From Ferroglobus placidus DSM 10642 (GTDB taxonomy: Archaea; Halobacteriota; Archaeoglobi; Archaeoglobales; Archaeoglobaceae), in contig NC_013849.1 in assembly GCF_000025505.1 (NCBI RefSeq), positions 930,001-962,000 on the forward strand: DNA of 32,000 bases. The letters run 5' to 3'. This document shows positions 7,854 through 17,102 of the stretch, piece after piece; within the stretch, counting starts at the first letter, position 1; the number at the start of each line of letters is the position of its first letter. The notes beneath the pieces were generated by a model. That model was not told the DNA's origin, did no database searches, and saw only the letters and a list, made by a program, of their open reading frames with translations. The position numbers and the translations under genes are program-made.

Positions 7854-8270
7854 TCACTCTGTAACCCTTCTCACGTCAAGCTTGTCGAAATCACTATCGA
7901 ACGAATATATCTCCCCAACGCTGTTTTTCTTCATTATCACGTAAGCGATCGCATCGCTCAATCCAACATCTTTCTCCTTGGCTATCTTCACAGCTTTCAA
8001 ACAATCTTTCTTCGTAACATCAAAAACCTTCACGTTTCCAGCTAATAGGAGAAACTCCTCAACCTTCAGAGCATCGCTAAGAGGTAAATAACTCTCCAAC
8101 AAGTTCGCTATCTCAGCTATCTGCACGACGGTTATACCTACTTCCTCACCATCGTTGATTCTCTTCACAATCTCTTTGGCAGATTCTTTTATTTTTACCT
8201 CGTGAGGTTTCAGTTCTCTTTTCGGCTTAATAAATGCGTGAACGAAAACGCTTGCGTCAACGAACCTCAA
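7854..8270 (-). CDS. vapC: PIN-domain ribonuclease toxin VapC
   Basis: 138 aa. The acidic PIN residues are in the expected places: MRFVDASVF (D5), ...EIANLLE..., LSDAIAYV, SFDSDFD. It overlaps the upstream antitoxin gene by 14 nt. Confidence 0.85.
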   Translation of the reverse strand: MRFVDASVFVHAFIKPKRELKPHEVKIKESAKEIVKRINDGEEVGITVVQIAEIANLLESYLPLSDALKVEEFLLLAGNVKVFDVTKKDCLKAVKIAKEKDVGLSDAIAYVIMKKNSVGEIYSFDSDFDKLDVRRVTE

Positions 8271-8502
8271 GTAGCTCCCTCCTCACGGATTTCCAGTCGG
8301 ATATATCGGACTTAATATCGACCTCGATCTTATCGAAGAATTCCGTTAGATCCGCCAACTTGTACGGCTTTATTATGATAGTGTCGTCCTCCACTTTCAG
8401 AATTACTTTCCCCTTTTTAGCGTATTTTTCCCTCCATTCCTTCGGCAATACCAACCTACCCTGTTTATCCAAATCTTTAATTATTTCCACATCAGATACC
8501 AT
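8257..8502 (-). CDS. vapB: AbrB/SpoVT-type antitoxin VapB
   Basis: The motif LDKQGRLVLPKEWREKYAKKGKVILKVEDDTIIIKP is a swapped-hairpin AbrB/SpoVT motif. The track ORF extends to 8541, but the internal ATG at 8502 (MVSDVEI...) gives the usual ~80-aa size and has a TTTAAAAA box about 30 nt upstream. Confidence 0.8.
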   Translation of the reverse strand: MVSDVEIIKDLDKQGRLVLPKEWREKYAKKGKVILKVEDDTIIIKPYKLADLTEFFDKIEVDIKSDISDWKSVRRELLEVR

Positions 8503-9213
8503 GGTGATATGTTTGAAATGACACTTTTTAAACATTACCACAGTTGAAAGAGCTTCTTTGATAAGATCTTTTGCGATCGCTTAAACATCCAACAACCTTT
8601 GCGGTCTTCACAAAACATCGAGTTTCTCCTTTGCGGTTTTAAGCAATTTCAAGCTTTTAACACACACGAAGGTTCCAAAAACTACTAAAAAGTGAGTGCT
8701 ATTTTTCCGGAAATCCCGAGTTACTATGGAGTAAAGAAGACACCAACCTCCGATGAAGATTTTAAGAGAGTTGATTTTCTCGAAGTCGTTGAGACTGACT
8801 AATTGTTTTGAAAGACAGAAAATTAATTCGCTAGAGTTTAAAGATTTCAGCTCAACCCTCTCATAATTGTATTCAGTTACTTACCCTAACGGTTAGAAAT
8901 TGAGTTAAAGGAGTTAAAGAAAAATTAGAGCTGTCTTAAGACGAAAGTGATCTAAGTTTCACTGGTAATGCACGAGAAACTCATTGATCTTTCGAGTAAA
9001 CTTAAAGAGAAGTTCTCAGTCTTGGAAAGGACTCCAAAACTCACAGAGGAGTAATATACTCGGTATGGGAGAACACGAGAGATTCGAAACTAAGCAAAGA
9101 CGCTTGCTCGAAGCTGAGCAGAGTATATGGTTTATATGTCGACTGAATTCACCTGGAAGTTTAATAACAGAGATGCCACAAAGTTCACAGATTCATTTAA
9201 AAAGTTTTTCAAA

Positions 9214-10017
9214 TTAAATTTTCTTATAAATTTTATCTCTTATGTCAACGACTTCAAATTTGTCTTTGAATTCTCCTGGCAGCGTTTCACTCTTACCAAT
9301 AATCAGATACCCTCCAGTCACGAGTGCATTGTAAAAGTCGTTAAACACCTTTAATTTTTGATCCTCGTTGAAGTATATCACTACATTCCTGCAAAATATA
9401 ACGTCAAAAAATCTCGATACTGGTGGCTCCGTTGTAAGATCGTGTCGTTTAAATCGGATATGCTTTTTAAGAAAGCCTTTAACCCTGAATTTCTCACCAT
9501 CTCTCTCAAAATACTTCTTTATCCACTCCTCTTTAAGATTTTTTAACTGTTGCTTTTCGTAAATGCCAACCCTACCTTTTTCCAATGAATCCTCGTCAAT
9601 GTCAGTAGCATAAATCGTAAAGTTCCAATTTTTTCCAAGAGTTTCATATATGCACATCGCTATCGTATACGGTTCTTCTCCATTAGCACAACCAGCACTC
9701 CAAATTCGTATTATATTACTTCTAACGTTCTCCTTTTTTCGTGCAATGTCTTTTAAAACAATATCCATGAATTTCTCAAAAGGAGTTACGTCCCGCATGA
9801 ATTCAGTTACGTTTATCGCAATCGTATTAATAAGCTTTTCGACCTCTTTTTTCCCGTTTTTTCTGAGAAACTTATAGTATTCCTCTAAATTCGTACAGCC
9901 CACGGATTTCATTCTGAGCTCAATTCTTCTCCTGATGTAACTTTCCCTATACTGTCCGAGATTTATCCCTGAGTGTTTAGCAACATAGTTTATTATGCTA
10001 TTAAACGTCAAATCCAT
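9214..10017 (-). CDS. cheR: Chemotaxis protein methyltransferase CheR
   Basis: 267 aa. It has the CheR N-terminal helical domain (YRESYIRRRIELRM) and a SAM-binding fold (IRIWSAGCANGEEPYTIAM, DIDEDSLEKGR, IFCRNVVIYF). It overlaps cheD by 10 nt. Confidence 0.93.
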   Translation of the reverse strand: MDLTFNSIINYVAKHSGINLGQYRESYIRRRIELRMKSVGCTNLEEYYKFLRKNGKKEVEKLINTIAINVTEFMRDVTPFEKFMDIVLKDIARKKENVRSNIIRIWSAGCANGEEPYTIAMCIYETLGKNWNFTIYATDIDEDSLEKGRVGIYEKQQLKNLKEEWIKKYFERDGEKFRVKGFLKKHIRFKRHDLTTEPPVSRFFDVIFCRNVVIYFNEDQKLKVFNDFYNALVTGGYLIIGKSETLPGEFKDKFEVVDIRDKIYKKI

Positions 10018-10478
10018 ATCTTAACACCATTGCTATACTTTACTAACATTCTACCATCTTCAGTATAGAAAAAAACCGATCTCCCCGCAGTCCCACCCAC
10101 ATCTTTTGAGACTATTTTTATATTATTCTCTCCAAGAATTTCTTCAATCGCTCTCACATTCCTCTCCCCTATTTTTAAAGAGTTTGTCGTTATGTGTTTG
10201 AATACTTGCGCTCCACCAGCCATCTTGGCAACAATATTCTTCTTTTTTGCACCAAGTTTCAGCATCTCATTAAGCATAAGCTCTATAGCATAATCGGCAT
10301 ATTTTGGATTGGCGTTTTTCCCATTTGACCTCGGAAGCATGATGTGAGCAAGTCCTCCAACTTTTTCTATAGGATCGTATAAAGCTAAAGCTACACACGA
10401 TCCGAGACCAACCGTTTTTATTACTGACACACCCTTTACGACCTTGTAATCGCCTATCGCCACAGTATACTCTTTCAT
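10008..10478 (-). CDS. cheD: Chemoreceptor glutamine deamidase CheD
   Basis: 156 aa. GLGSCVALALYDP and GGLAHIMLP are CheD signatures carrying the catalytic Cys and His. Confidence 0.92.
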   Translation of the reverse strand: MKEYTVAIGDYKVVKGVSVIKTVGLGSCVALALYDPIEKVGGLAHIMLPRSNGKNANPKYADYAIELMLNEMLKLGAKKKNIVAKMAGGAQVFKHITTNSLKIGERNVRAIEEILGENNIKIVSKDVGGTAGRSVFFYTEDGRMLVKYSNGVKIWI

Positions 10479-10496
10479 AATATCATCGCTTTCCCG

Positions 10497-11105
10497 TTAA
10501 CCTACCATCTCCAGTAGCTCCACAATGTAATTCAAAAAGCTCTCGCTCGGTATTAACATTAAAATTATATCGATAACACTTTGCTCGTCTTTTAGTTCGG
10601 TTTCAAATATTATTATGCTGTCAGATCTTTCTGCAAGTTTTGCGATAAGAGCGTCTATAACCGCTATTGAATAGTCTTCAGCGTAGTTTGGAGGAGTAGG
10701 AATAAGGACAGTATTCAGCATTGTTGCTATCGCATCACAAAAGTGAGATGCTAGTATGTTCGATATTTCCATAACAACCGATTCAACCATGCTTTTATCA
10801 CTCGTGTCTCCCACAAGAATTTCAGCAATTTTGTTCGAAGTTTCGCTAGGAAACACCAAGTACAAATACCCTGGGGTGTTGTTTTCAAGGTCGTTTAGCC
10901 CAACCACAGTACCAACGATAACTTCGTCTGGCTTGATATATTCTCCTATCTCGTTAAGCTTGGCAATGATAACTCTCGGTACGCTTATCTCTATCGTCTT
11001 ACCGAGAAGTTGCGACAAAGCCGTTGAGGCGTTTCCCACACCTACATTCCCTACTTCTCTCAAAACGTCAAGCTCTTCTGGTGTCAAATTATCAAACCCT
11101 TTCAC
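10497..11105 (-). CDS. cheC: CheY-P phosphatase CheC
   Basis: There are two E-x2-N-x(n)-P active-site repeats: REVGNVGVGNASTALSQLLGKTIEISVP and MEISNILASHFCDAIATMLNTVLIPTPP. The track ORF starts at TTG 11120. I prefer GTG 11105, which lies 5 nt after a GAGGGGTGA SD and just past the cheA stop. Confidence 0.88.
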   Translation of the reverse strand: MKGFDNLTPEELDVLREVGNVGVGNASTALSQLLGKTIEISVPRVIIAKLNEIGEYIKPDEVIVGTVVGLNDLENNTPGYLYLVFPSETSNKIAEILVGDTSDKSMVESVVMEISNILASHFCDAIATMLNTVLIPTPPNYAEDYSIAVIDALIAKLAERSDSIIIFETELKDEQSVIDIILMLIPSESFLNYIVELLEMVG

Positions 11106-11109
11106 ACTA

Positions 11110-13110
11110 TCACCCCTCAATTATCGTAAACACATCAATAATCGGTACAACCCTCCCGTCTCCCAATATTGTAACTCCGTTGAATCCTTTAATTTTAGCT
11201 AAGTAGCCATAAAGCGGTTTGATAACAATCTCCTGCAAATCCGCTATAGCATCGGCTACAAGCATAAACTGCTCGTTCTCCTTTTCCACGATAATCCCTA
11301 CCTCTTTCTCCGGTTTTGTTCCGTTTACACCAAACAGTTGTCTCAACCTAAACACTGGTATGAGCTTACCTCTGACTAAACTAAACTCTGATCCATGAAT
11401 ATTCTCCACATCTGAATCAGTGAGGTAAATCGCTCCAACAACGTTGGAGATCGGTATCGCATAAATCTCAGATCCGACCTTGATCAACAACGATTTTATT
11501 ATCGCAACAGTCGGTGGTAGTTGTATTCTTATTTTAGTACCTTTATCCTTCTCTGAGTAAAGTTTAACCGTTCCACCAAGCTTTTCTACCGTTGTTTTAA
11601 CGACATCCATTCCAACTCCTCTTCCTGAAACTTCTGTTGGCTGTTCTTTGGTTGAAAATCCAGGCATGAAAATTAGCATCTTTAATTCCTCTTCAGACAT
11701 CTTTTCCGCTTCTTCTCTGGAAATTAATCCCCTTTCGATTGCTTTCTCTTTAACTTTTTCTGGATCTATACCTTTTCCGTCATCCTCTATCTCTATAATC
11801 ACGTTATTTTTGTCTCTCCAAGCAGAAATTTTGATTTTTCCAACCCTGCTTTTACCCTTCGCAACTCTCTCCTCTGGTGTTTCAATTCCATGATCTACAC
11901 AATTTCGAACAATATGTATAAGCGGATCATTCATTTGTTCGAGAACGCTCCTATCAAGCTCAGTATCCAATCCTTCCATTTCAAGTTCAACTTCCTTACC
12001 CAGTTTTCTCGAAAGGTCTCTCACCATTCTTGGGAATTTACTAAATACTTTCTCAATTTTCTCCATCCTAACCTGCATCACTTCATCCTGCAAACTTGAA
12101 ACAATTTTGTCGAGAATCGAAACTGCTTCAGCTAACTCAGGGATGTCGTAATCCGTGGATATCTTGAGGAGTCTTCCTTTATTTATAACAAGCTCCCCTA
12201 CCAGATTCATAATTTTATCGAGTTGAACGGTGCTAATTTTTATAAATTCCACTTTCTTTTCGGGTTTTGCATTTTTCGACAAAGCATCCTGATTAACTTT
12301 GATTATTTTTTGAGAATCTACTTTATCAGTCCTTTGTTCTTCTTCAACTTTTTCATCCTTTTTCTTCGATTTTTTGACTTTTTTAGGAGCCTTTTTAGCT
12401 CTCTTCTCCTTCTCAATCTTCTGAATGTTGTACTTCTCAATCTCACTATCTTTCGAAAGAACTGTTTCAACTTTTTCAATATTATCTGTATTCATGTAAA
12501 TAATAAATTTACCATCGAAATTTTCTTTTTCCATTTCTTCCTCACTTGGAATGATTTTAACGATCTTGCCAAACTCCTTCAACGTTTCTATAACCACTAA
12601 AGCTCTCACAGACTTCATTGGTGTCTCTTCAGCTAACTGCACCTCTACTTTAAATCCTGCATTTATTTCACTTTCTTCTTCATCCGGCAATTGCTTATCC
12701 CTTATATCATCTGCTTTTTCCTTACGTTTTTCAGAGTCAATGATAGCTCTGAGATTTACAATTACATCATCTATATCTTTTTCATCTGTATCACTACTTT
12801 CAACCAAATCTATTAATTCCTGCAAAGTGTCCACAGAATTCAAAAGAACGTCAACAAGATCGCTCGAAATTTCTATTTTACCATCTTTAATAGCTCCCAA
12901 AACTGCTTCCAGAACATGACAGAGTTCCTCTATTTTTTTATATCCCATAAAGCCTGCCATTCCTTTTATCGTGTGTACGGCTCTGAAAATCTCGTTAACC
13001 GATTGCAAGTCCCCCTTTTCCAGTTTGATAAATTCCAAATTTATGTTCTCAATATACTCTCTTGCCTCCTGTAAAAATTCTTCTTTAAAATTTTCAATGT
13101 CATCCACCAT
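11110..13110 (-). CDS. cheA: Chemotaxis histidine kinase CheA
   Basis: 666 aa. The Hpt domain contains AVHTIKG (phospho-His). A dimerisation region follows, then the HATPase_c fold (HIVRNCVDHGIE, DDGKGID, GRGVGMDVV) and a C-terminal CheW-like domain. It overlaps cheB and cheC by 11 nt each. Confidence 0.95.
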   Translation of the reverse strand: MVDDIENFKEEFLQEAREYIENINLEFIKLEKGDLQSVNEIFRAVHTIKGMAGFMGYKKIEELCHVLEAVLGAIKDGKIEISSDLVDVLLNSVDTLQELIDLVESSDTDEKDIDDVIVNLRAIIDSEKRKEKADDIRDKQLPDEEESEINAGFKVEVQLAEETPMKSVRALVVIETLKEFGKIVKIIPSEEEMEKENFDGKFIIYMNTDNIEKVETVLSKDSEIEKYNIQKIEKEKRAKKAPKKVKKSKKKDEKVEEEQRTDKVDSQKIIKVNQDALSKNAKPEKKVEFIKISTVQLDKIMNLVGELVINKGRLLKISTDYDIPELAEAVSILDKIVSSLQDEVMQVRMEKIEKVFSKFPRMVRDLSRKLGKEVELEMEGLDTELDRSVLEQMNDPLIHIVRNCVDHGIETPEERVAKGKSRVGKIKISAWRDKNNVIIEIEDDGKGIDPEKVKEKAIERGLISREEAEKMSEEELKMLIFMPGFSTKEQPTEVSGRGVGMDVVKTTVEKLGGTVKLYSEKDKGTKIRIQLPPTVAIIKSLLIKVGSEIYAIPISNVVGAIYLTDSDVENIHGSEFSLVRGKLIPVFRLRQLFGVNGTKPEKEVGIIVEKENEQFMLVADAIADLQEIVIKPLYGYLAKIKGFNGVTILGDGRVVPIIDVFTIIEG

Positions 13111-14146
13111 AAAGCTTCACCTCAAGCTGCTTAATTATCTCCTCTGCAATTTCATGCAAGGGTTTGACAATAGAAGCTGCTCCGATTTCTATTGCTGCTT
13201 TAGGCATTCCAAAAACCACGCTAGTGTCTTCGCTACATGCTATTACATAACCACCTAAATCTCTAATCTCTTTTAGACCCACAGCTCCGTCTTCACCCAT
13301 TCCTGTGAGAATCACACCAATTACGTCTCCTCCATACACCTTTGCCAAATACTTCGCAGTAACGTCGACAGAAGGTTTAACTCCGTTAACTGGTTCCCCG
13401 TCTATAATTTTTATTCTCACAACGTTTAAAGCTCTCCTAACACCCAGGTGGTAGCCGCCAGGGGCTATATAAACCACTCCATCTCTTACTTTCTCATTGT
13501 TCTCAGCCTCCTTAACTTTGATTTCTGATATGCTGTTCAGCCGTTCCGCAAGCTGTTTTGTGAAATTCGGTGGCATGTGTTGAACAACAAAAACTGGAGC
13601 AGGCAAATCTCCGGGCAACCTCGGAATTATCATTTCCAAAGCAGACGGTCCTCCCGTAGAGGAGCCTATAAGAACTGCGACATCTTTTTCTTTTTCTTTC
13701 CATTTTGCTCTAATCACTCCTTTGCTTATATCTTTGAGATTCCTAAGCCTGATAAGATTTGGCGAAGCTCTACTAATAGCTTTTATTTTCCCTATAATTT
13801 CTTTTTTGATATCTGCAATATCAAACAGCGTGCTATCAGGCTTGGGAATGAAGTCCACAGCACCTAATTTCAAAGCAGTTATTGTTTCTTCAGCACCCTT
13901 CTTTGTATATGCACTGAACATTATCACCGGCGTTGGTTTTTTATTCATTATTTCCTTAAGAGCAGTTAGTCCGTCCATCACCGGCATGTTAACGTCCAGT
14001 AGTATCACATCCGGATTGTGCTTCAGTGTCTTTTCTATAGCATCTTTTCCGTTTTTGGCGGTAATAACTTCAAATCCCTCTTCGACCAGCAAATTTGAAA
14101 CGGCAGTTCTAACCAGTGCTGAGTCATCAACAACAAGTACCTTCAT
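13100..14146 (-). CDS. cheB: Protein-glutamate methylesterase/deamidase CheB
   Basis: 348 aa. The N-terminal receiver domain shows MKVLVVDDS...DVNMPVMDG. The C-terminal methylesterase domain shows GSSTGGP, VVQHMP, LTGMGEDG. Confidence 0.95.
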   Translation of the reverse strand: MKVLVVDDSALVRTAVSNLLVEEGFEVITAKNGKDAIEKTLKHNPDVILLDVNMPVMDGLTALKEIMNKKPTPVIMFSAYTKKGAEETITALKLGAVDFIPKPDSTLFDIADIKKEIIGKIKAISRASPNLIRLRNLKDISKGVIRAKWKEKEKDVAVLIGSSTGGPSALEMIIPRLPGDLPAPVFVVQHMPPNFTKQLAERLNSISEIKVKEAENNEKVRDGVVYIAPGGYHLGVRRALNVVRIKIIDGEPVNGVKPSVDVTAKYLAKVYGGDVIGVILTGMGEDGAVGLKEIRDLGGYVIACSEDTSVVFGMPKAAIEIGAASIVKPLHEIAEEIIKQLEVKLYGG

Positions 14147-14505
14147 AGCTCAGCAACCCTCTTCAATTCTTCAATAACCTTGGATGCTTGGAAAGGTTTG
14201 ACTATGTAGCCCTTAGCACCCAGTTTGATAGCAGTTTTGACCATTTGCTCCTGTCCCACAGCCGTGCACATCACCACTTTTGCATTGGGGTCTATTTTCC
14301 TAATTTCTTTTAACGCCTCTATTCCATTCATTTCTGGCATAACGATGTCCATTGTCACAATATCCGGTTTTAATTGCTTGTACAACTCTACCGCTTGTTT
14401 TCCATTCTCGGCTTCCCCAGCAATATCGAATCCTCCCGTAAAGAGTATATTCTTCAACAACTTTCTCATAAATGCCGCATCGTCCACAATCAAAACCCTC
14501 ACCAT
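14143..14505 (-). CDS. cheY: Chemotaxis response regulator CheY
   Basis: 120-aa single receiver domain with VLIVDDAAFMR, DIVMPEMNG and YIVKPF. It overlaps cheB by 4 nt. Confidence 0.95.
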   Translation of the reverse strand: MVRVLIVDDAAFMRKLLKNILFTGGFDIAGEAENGKQAVELYKQLKPDIVTMDIVMPEMNGIEALKEIRKIDPNAKVVMCTAVGQEQMVKTAIKLGAKGYIVKPFQASKVIEELKRVAEL

Positions 14506-14510
14506 CTACC

Positions 14511-15320
14511 TCACCTCACAGCTTTTTTCATAATATCATCAACAAAACTAACACCTCTTGGCGTTAACTCCACTTCCTTTCTTATTTTAACAAGCCTTGC
14601 AAGACCTAAATTTATTAGCTTGTCATATATTTTGTTCAGCTCTTCTGTGCTTATTCCAAGAATCGATTCAATGCTGGATGAGTCTACACCAGAGTATATC
14701 ATTGTAAGAACCTGCTCCTCTATTTCCGACAGTTTTTCTTTTGGTTTTTGCTGCTCTATTAGCTGATTGATATACTGCTCAAGCATCTCAAGCGTTGTTT
14801 CCGGGCAGAGAACATAGCTTACTATGACTTCGTTGTTGTCAACATGTGTTAATTTCAAAACAACGCGTTGCTTTCCCCCAACAGACCTCTTTTCCTTTCC
14901 AACAGATCCCAAATATTCAAGAGCTATCCTAACCTGTTTGTTAGGAGAAAGAAACCATAAAGCGTTTTCAGTTATTGCGAGATACCCTTTTTCCCATTTT
15001 GCATTGCTAACGATAACACCCCCCCTGATAGCTGGAGAGATAAAATACACAGCAAACTTGTCAGCTTTTAGATTGAACGCCAGAAATCTAAACACCTGTT
15101 TTTGATATTTGCCAAAGTTTATGTAGTACTCACTATCAGCGAGAATTTTTACCGCCTCTTGGTCATTAAGGTAGGAATATTCTAAATCCCTTATCTGTTT
15201 AAACTGAATTTCTTTCTTACCAAGCTGGATGTAACTTGAATATATTGCAGCTTCGGTTTTAATCCAGTTTCCCCCCTCAAAAACTTCTACTGGAACTTTG
15301 AGCAGAAGTTTTTCAGACAT
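14511..15320 (-). CDS. cheF: Archaeal chemotaxis adaptor CheF (DUF439 family)
   Basis: 269 aa. It sits between cheW and cheY, as in archaeal che operons, and has no bacterial counterpart. The DUF439 assignment comes from my recognition of family, position and size, not from a search. The C-terminal ~60 aa look helix-turn-helix-like (LTMIYSGVDSSSIESILGISTEELNKIYDKLINLGLARLV). Confidence 0.75.
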   Translation of the reverse strand: MSEKLLLKVPVEVFEGGNWIKTEAAIYSSYIQLGKKEIQFKQIRDLEYSYLNDQEAVKILADSEYYINFGKYQKQVFRFLAFNLKADKFAVYFISPAIRGGVIVSNAKWEKGYLAITENALWFLSPNKQVRIALEYLGSVGKEKRSVGGKQRVVLKLTHVDNNEVIVSYVLCPETTLEMLEQYINQLIEQQKPKEKLSEIEEQVLTMIYSGVDSSSIESILGISTEELNKIYDKLINLGLARLVKIRKEVELTPRGVSFVDDIMKKAVR

Positions 15321-15789
15321 GCTTGCTCAGCCTTTCGTATTCCTCCTCATTGAGTACTTTATTTAGGTCAATTAGAATTAACAACCCATCTGGCAACTTT
15401 CCGATACCTTTTAGGAATTTTGCTTCGCTTTTGGCGGTTATAACCGGTGGCAACTCCTCTATGTCAGATTTGGACAGGTATTTAACTTCAGTCACATTGT
15501 CAACCATCATCCCGATAACAGCCCCATCATGTTCAACCACGATTATTCTTGTGTTCTGATCTATCGGCTTAGGCTCTAAATTGAACCTCTTTCTCAAGTT
15601 GATTATTGTCGTTATCTGTCCTCTCAAATTTATTACGCCCTCCACGAACTCGGGGGCATTTGGAATTCTGGTAATCTCCGTAGGTTTGATAATTTCTCTC
15701 ACTTGAGATATGTCTACTCCATACCTCTCATCCCCCAAATTAAAAACTATAACCTGCACGATATCCCCATCCCTTATCGTATTCGACAT
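15313..15789 (-). CDS. cheW: Chemotaxis coupling protein CheW
   Basis: CheW fold motifs are present: VIVFNLGDERYGVDISQVREI, INLRGQITTIINLR, GMMVDNVTEV. The track ORF starts at GTG 15798, which lies inside the SD. The ATG at 15789 follows GGAGGTGG by 5 nt. Confidence 0.93.
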   Translation of the reverse strand: MSNTIRDGDIVQVIVFNLGDERYGVDISQVREIIKPTEITRIPNAPEFVEGVINLRGQITTIINLRKRFNLEPKPIDQNTRIIVVEHDGAVIGMMVDNVTEVKYLSKSDIEELPPVITAKSEAKFLKGIGKLPDGLLILIDLNKVLNEEEYERLSKHV

Positions 15790-15809
15790 TCCAACCACCT
15801 CCTAAATAT

Positions 15810-16958
15810 TTAATTTAAATTGTTTATATCAAAATTATTAAATTTTTTTGATTTAAATGTTTCTATTAATTTATTGTAGGTAAACTCTGATACATTCTTT
15901 ATCAACTCCACAGCATTGCTAATTTGATTGATTGCTGCTGTTTGTTCTTCAATTGCTGCAGAAGTTTCTTCACTGCTAGCAGCATTTTCCTCAGCCGTTG
16001 ACGCAACTTCCTCAAAGTTCTTAGATAAAATTTCAATTCTTTCTAATCCCTCTTTTGCAACATTTGTCAGATTCTCAAACATTTTCGCCAAATCCATAAC
16101 GGATTTGGCAATATTTCTGGACATTTCCAGAGCTTGCGTAATATTGCTGCTACCTTCAACACTTATTTCACTAACAGATTTCGTTGCATCGATAACTTTC
16201 CGAGTTTCTTCCCGAACTCTTTCAACAATTTCACTTATTTCGTCGGTACTTTTTCTCGACTCCTCTGCAAGCTTTCTTACTTCATCTGCAACAACGGCAA
16301 AACCCCTCCCATGCTCCCCAGCCCTCGCAGCTTCAATAGCAGCATTCAAAGCAAGCAAATTGGTCTGATCAGCTATAGACTTAATCCTCTCCGTAACTTT
16401 GCCTATATTCTTAACAGTCTCATTAAGCTCTTCCACAAGCTTCCCGGCAACATCAATTTCATTCATCATCTCTTCAAGTTTCGATAATGCAAAAGATCCA
16501 ACTTCTCTTGATTTATTGGCATATTCTAATGCGTTATTGGCATAGCTGCTTGCTTCAGATATGTTCTCATCCAGCTTGTTAAACATCTTCATAGTTTCCT
16601 TAACAAGCGCATTTGAATTACTTGCCAGCCTAGAAAGGTTTTCTGCACCATTCGCTATTTGCTGTGATGCAGAGCTAATTTGTTGCATTCCAGCATTAAG
16701 CTGATTCAACGCTTCCATATTCTCTCTAGCCATCTTCTCAGTCTCACTCATTACATTCAAAACTTCCCCAAGGGATGTACTCAGATCCTCAGCCAGTTTA
16801 CTAACTAAATTAAAGAGTCTTGAATATTTAGGGTCTTTCGCACCATCCAGTTGTATGTCCCAGTTCCCTGAAAGAATTTCTTCAATCGCTCTTTCAAGTT
16901 TTGCAACGTCCGAATCTACAAAAACTCCACTACTCTCAGAAGATGAACCATCGCCCAT
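15810..16958 (-). CDS. Soluble (no TM segment) methyl-accepting chemotaxis protein
   Basis: The highly conserved signalling hairpin [34 protein letters not shown] is present. There is no hydrophobic segment anywhere. The track ORF extends to 17036, but the ATG at 16958 ([10 protein letters not shown]...) is preceded by GGGGGTG plus 5 nt. Confidence 0.9.
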   Translation of the reverse strand: MGDGSSSESSGVFVDSDVAKLERAIEEILSGNWDIQLDGAKDPKYSRLFNLVSKLAEDLSTSLGEVLNVMSETEKMARENMEALNQLNAGMQQISSASQQIANGAENLSRLASNSNALVKETMKMFNKLDENISEASSYANNALEYANKSREVGSFALSKLEEMMNEIDVAGKLVEELNETVKNIGKVTERIKSIADQTNLLALNAAIEAARAGEHGRGFAVVADEVRKLAEESRKSTDEISEIVERVREETRKVIDATKSVSEISVEGSSNITQALEMSRNIAKSVMDLAKMFENLTNVAKEGLERIEILSKNFEEVASTAEENAASSEETSAAIEEQTAAINQISNAVELIKNVSEFTYNKLIETFKSKKFNNFDINNLN

Positions 16959-17102
16959 TCTTACACCCCCTAAAATTTTCACAAACTTTTGACACTTTGT
17001 TTTATATATTATTTGTTTCCAAGATAAAAATTTCAATTTTGTAATTTCCTATTCGTAAATTTTCACAACCGCAAAATCGCAAAAGATCACCACTAATTCC
17101 AT

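Noticed and set aside
7456-7857. 133-aa minus-strand ORF.
   Set aside because: It is a Ser/Leu/Thr/Phe-rich low-complexity sequence. This is exactly what is expected from the antisense of the Glu/Lys/Asp-rich plus-strand frame 7433..7804, which looks far more protein-like.
8596-8647. A 10-nt direct repeat CCTTTGCGGT, two copies 42 nt apart, upstream of vapBC; considered as a possible antitoxin operator.
   Set aside because: A single 10-mer repeat in about 670 nt is not far from chance expectation. It also lies 90-140 nt upstream of the start codon, beyond the likely TATA box.
9127-16487. Many plus-strand track ORFs across the che operon (for example 9358..9562, 9650..9877, 10756..11206, 11648..12099, 12223..12919, 12971..13258, 13577..14177, 14225..14766, 14824..15105, 15323..15559, 15928..16487), plus the minus-strand out-of-frame ORF 13512..13703.
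   Set aside because: All lie antisense to, or out of frame within, well-supported che genes. Long spurious ORFs are expected in AT-rich coding DNA that is poor in stop-complement codons. Their compositions (Phe/Ser/Ile/Leu runs) are not protein-like.
16959-17036. 26-codon N-terminal extension of the MCP ORF; similar extensions on P3 (6823..6849), TusA (23991..24032) and VapB (8503..8541).
   Set aside because: In the MCP and P3 cases an internal ATG preceded by a good GGAGGT/GGGGGTG SD gives the canonical N-terminus. For TusA and VapB the internal ATG gives the canonical N-terminus and family-typical size (VapB also has a TATA-like box about 30 nt upstream). The extensions are basic or hydrophobic junk.
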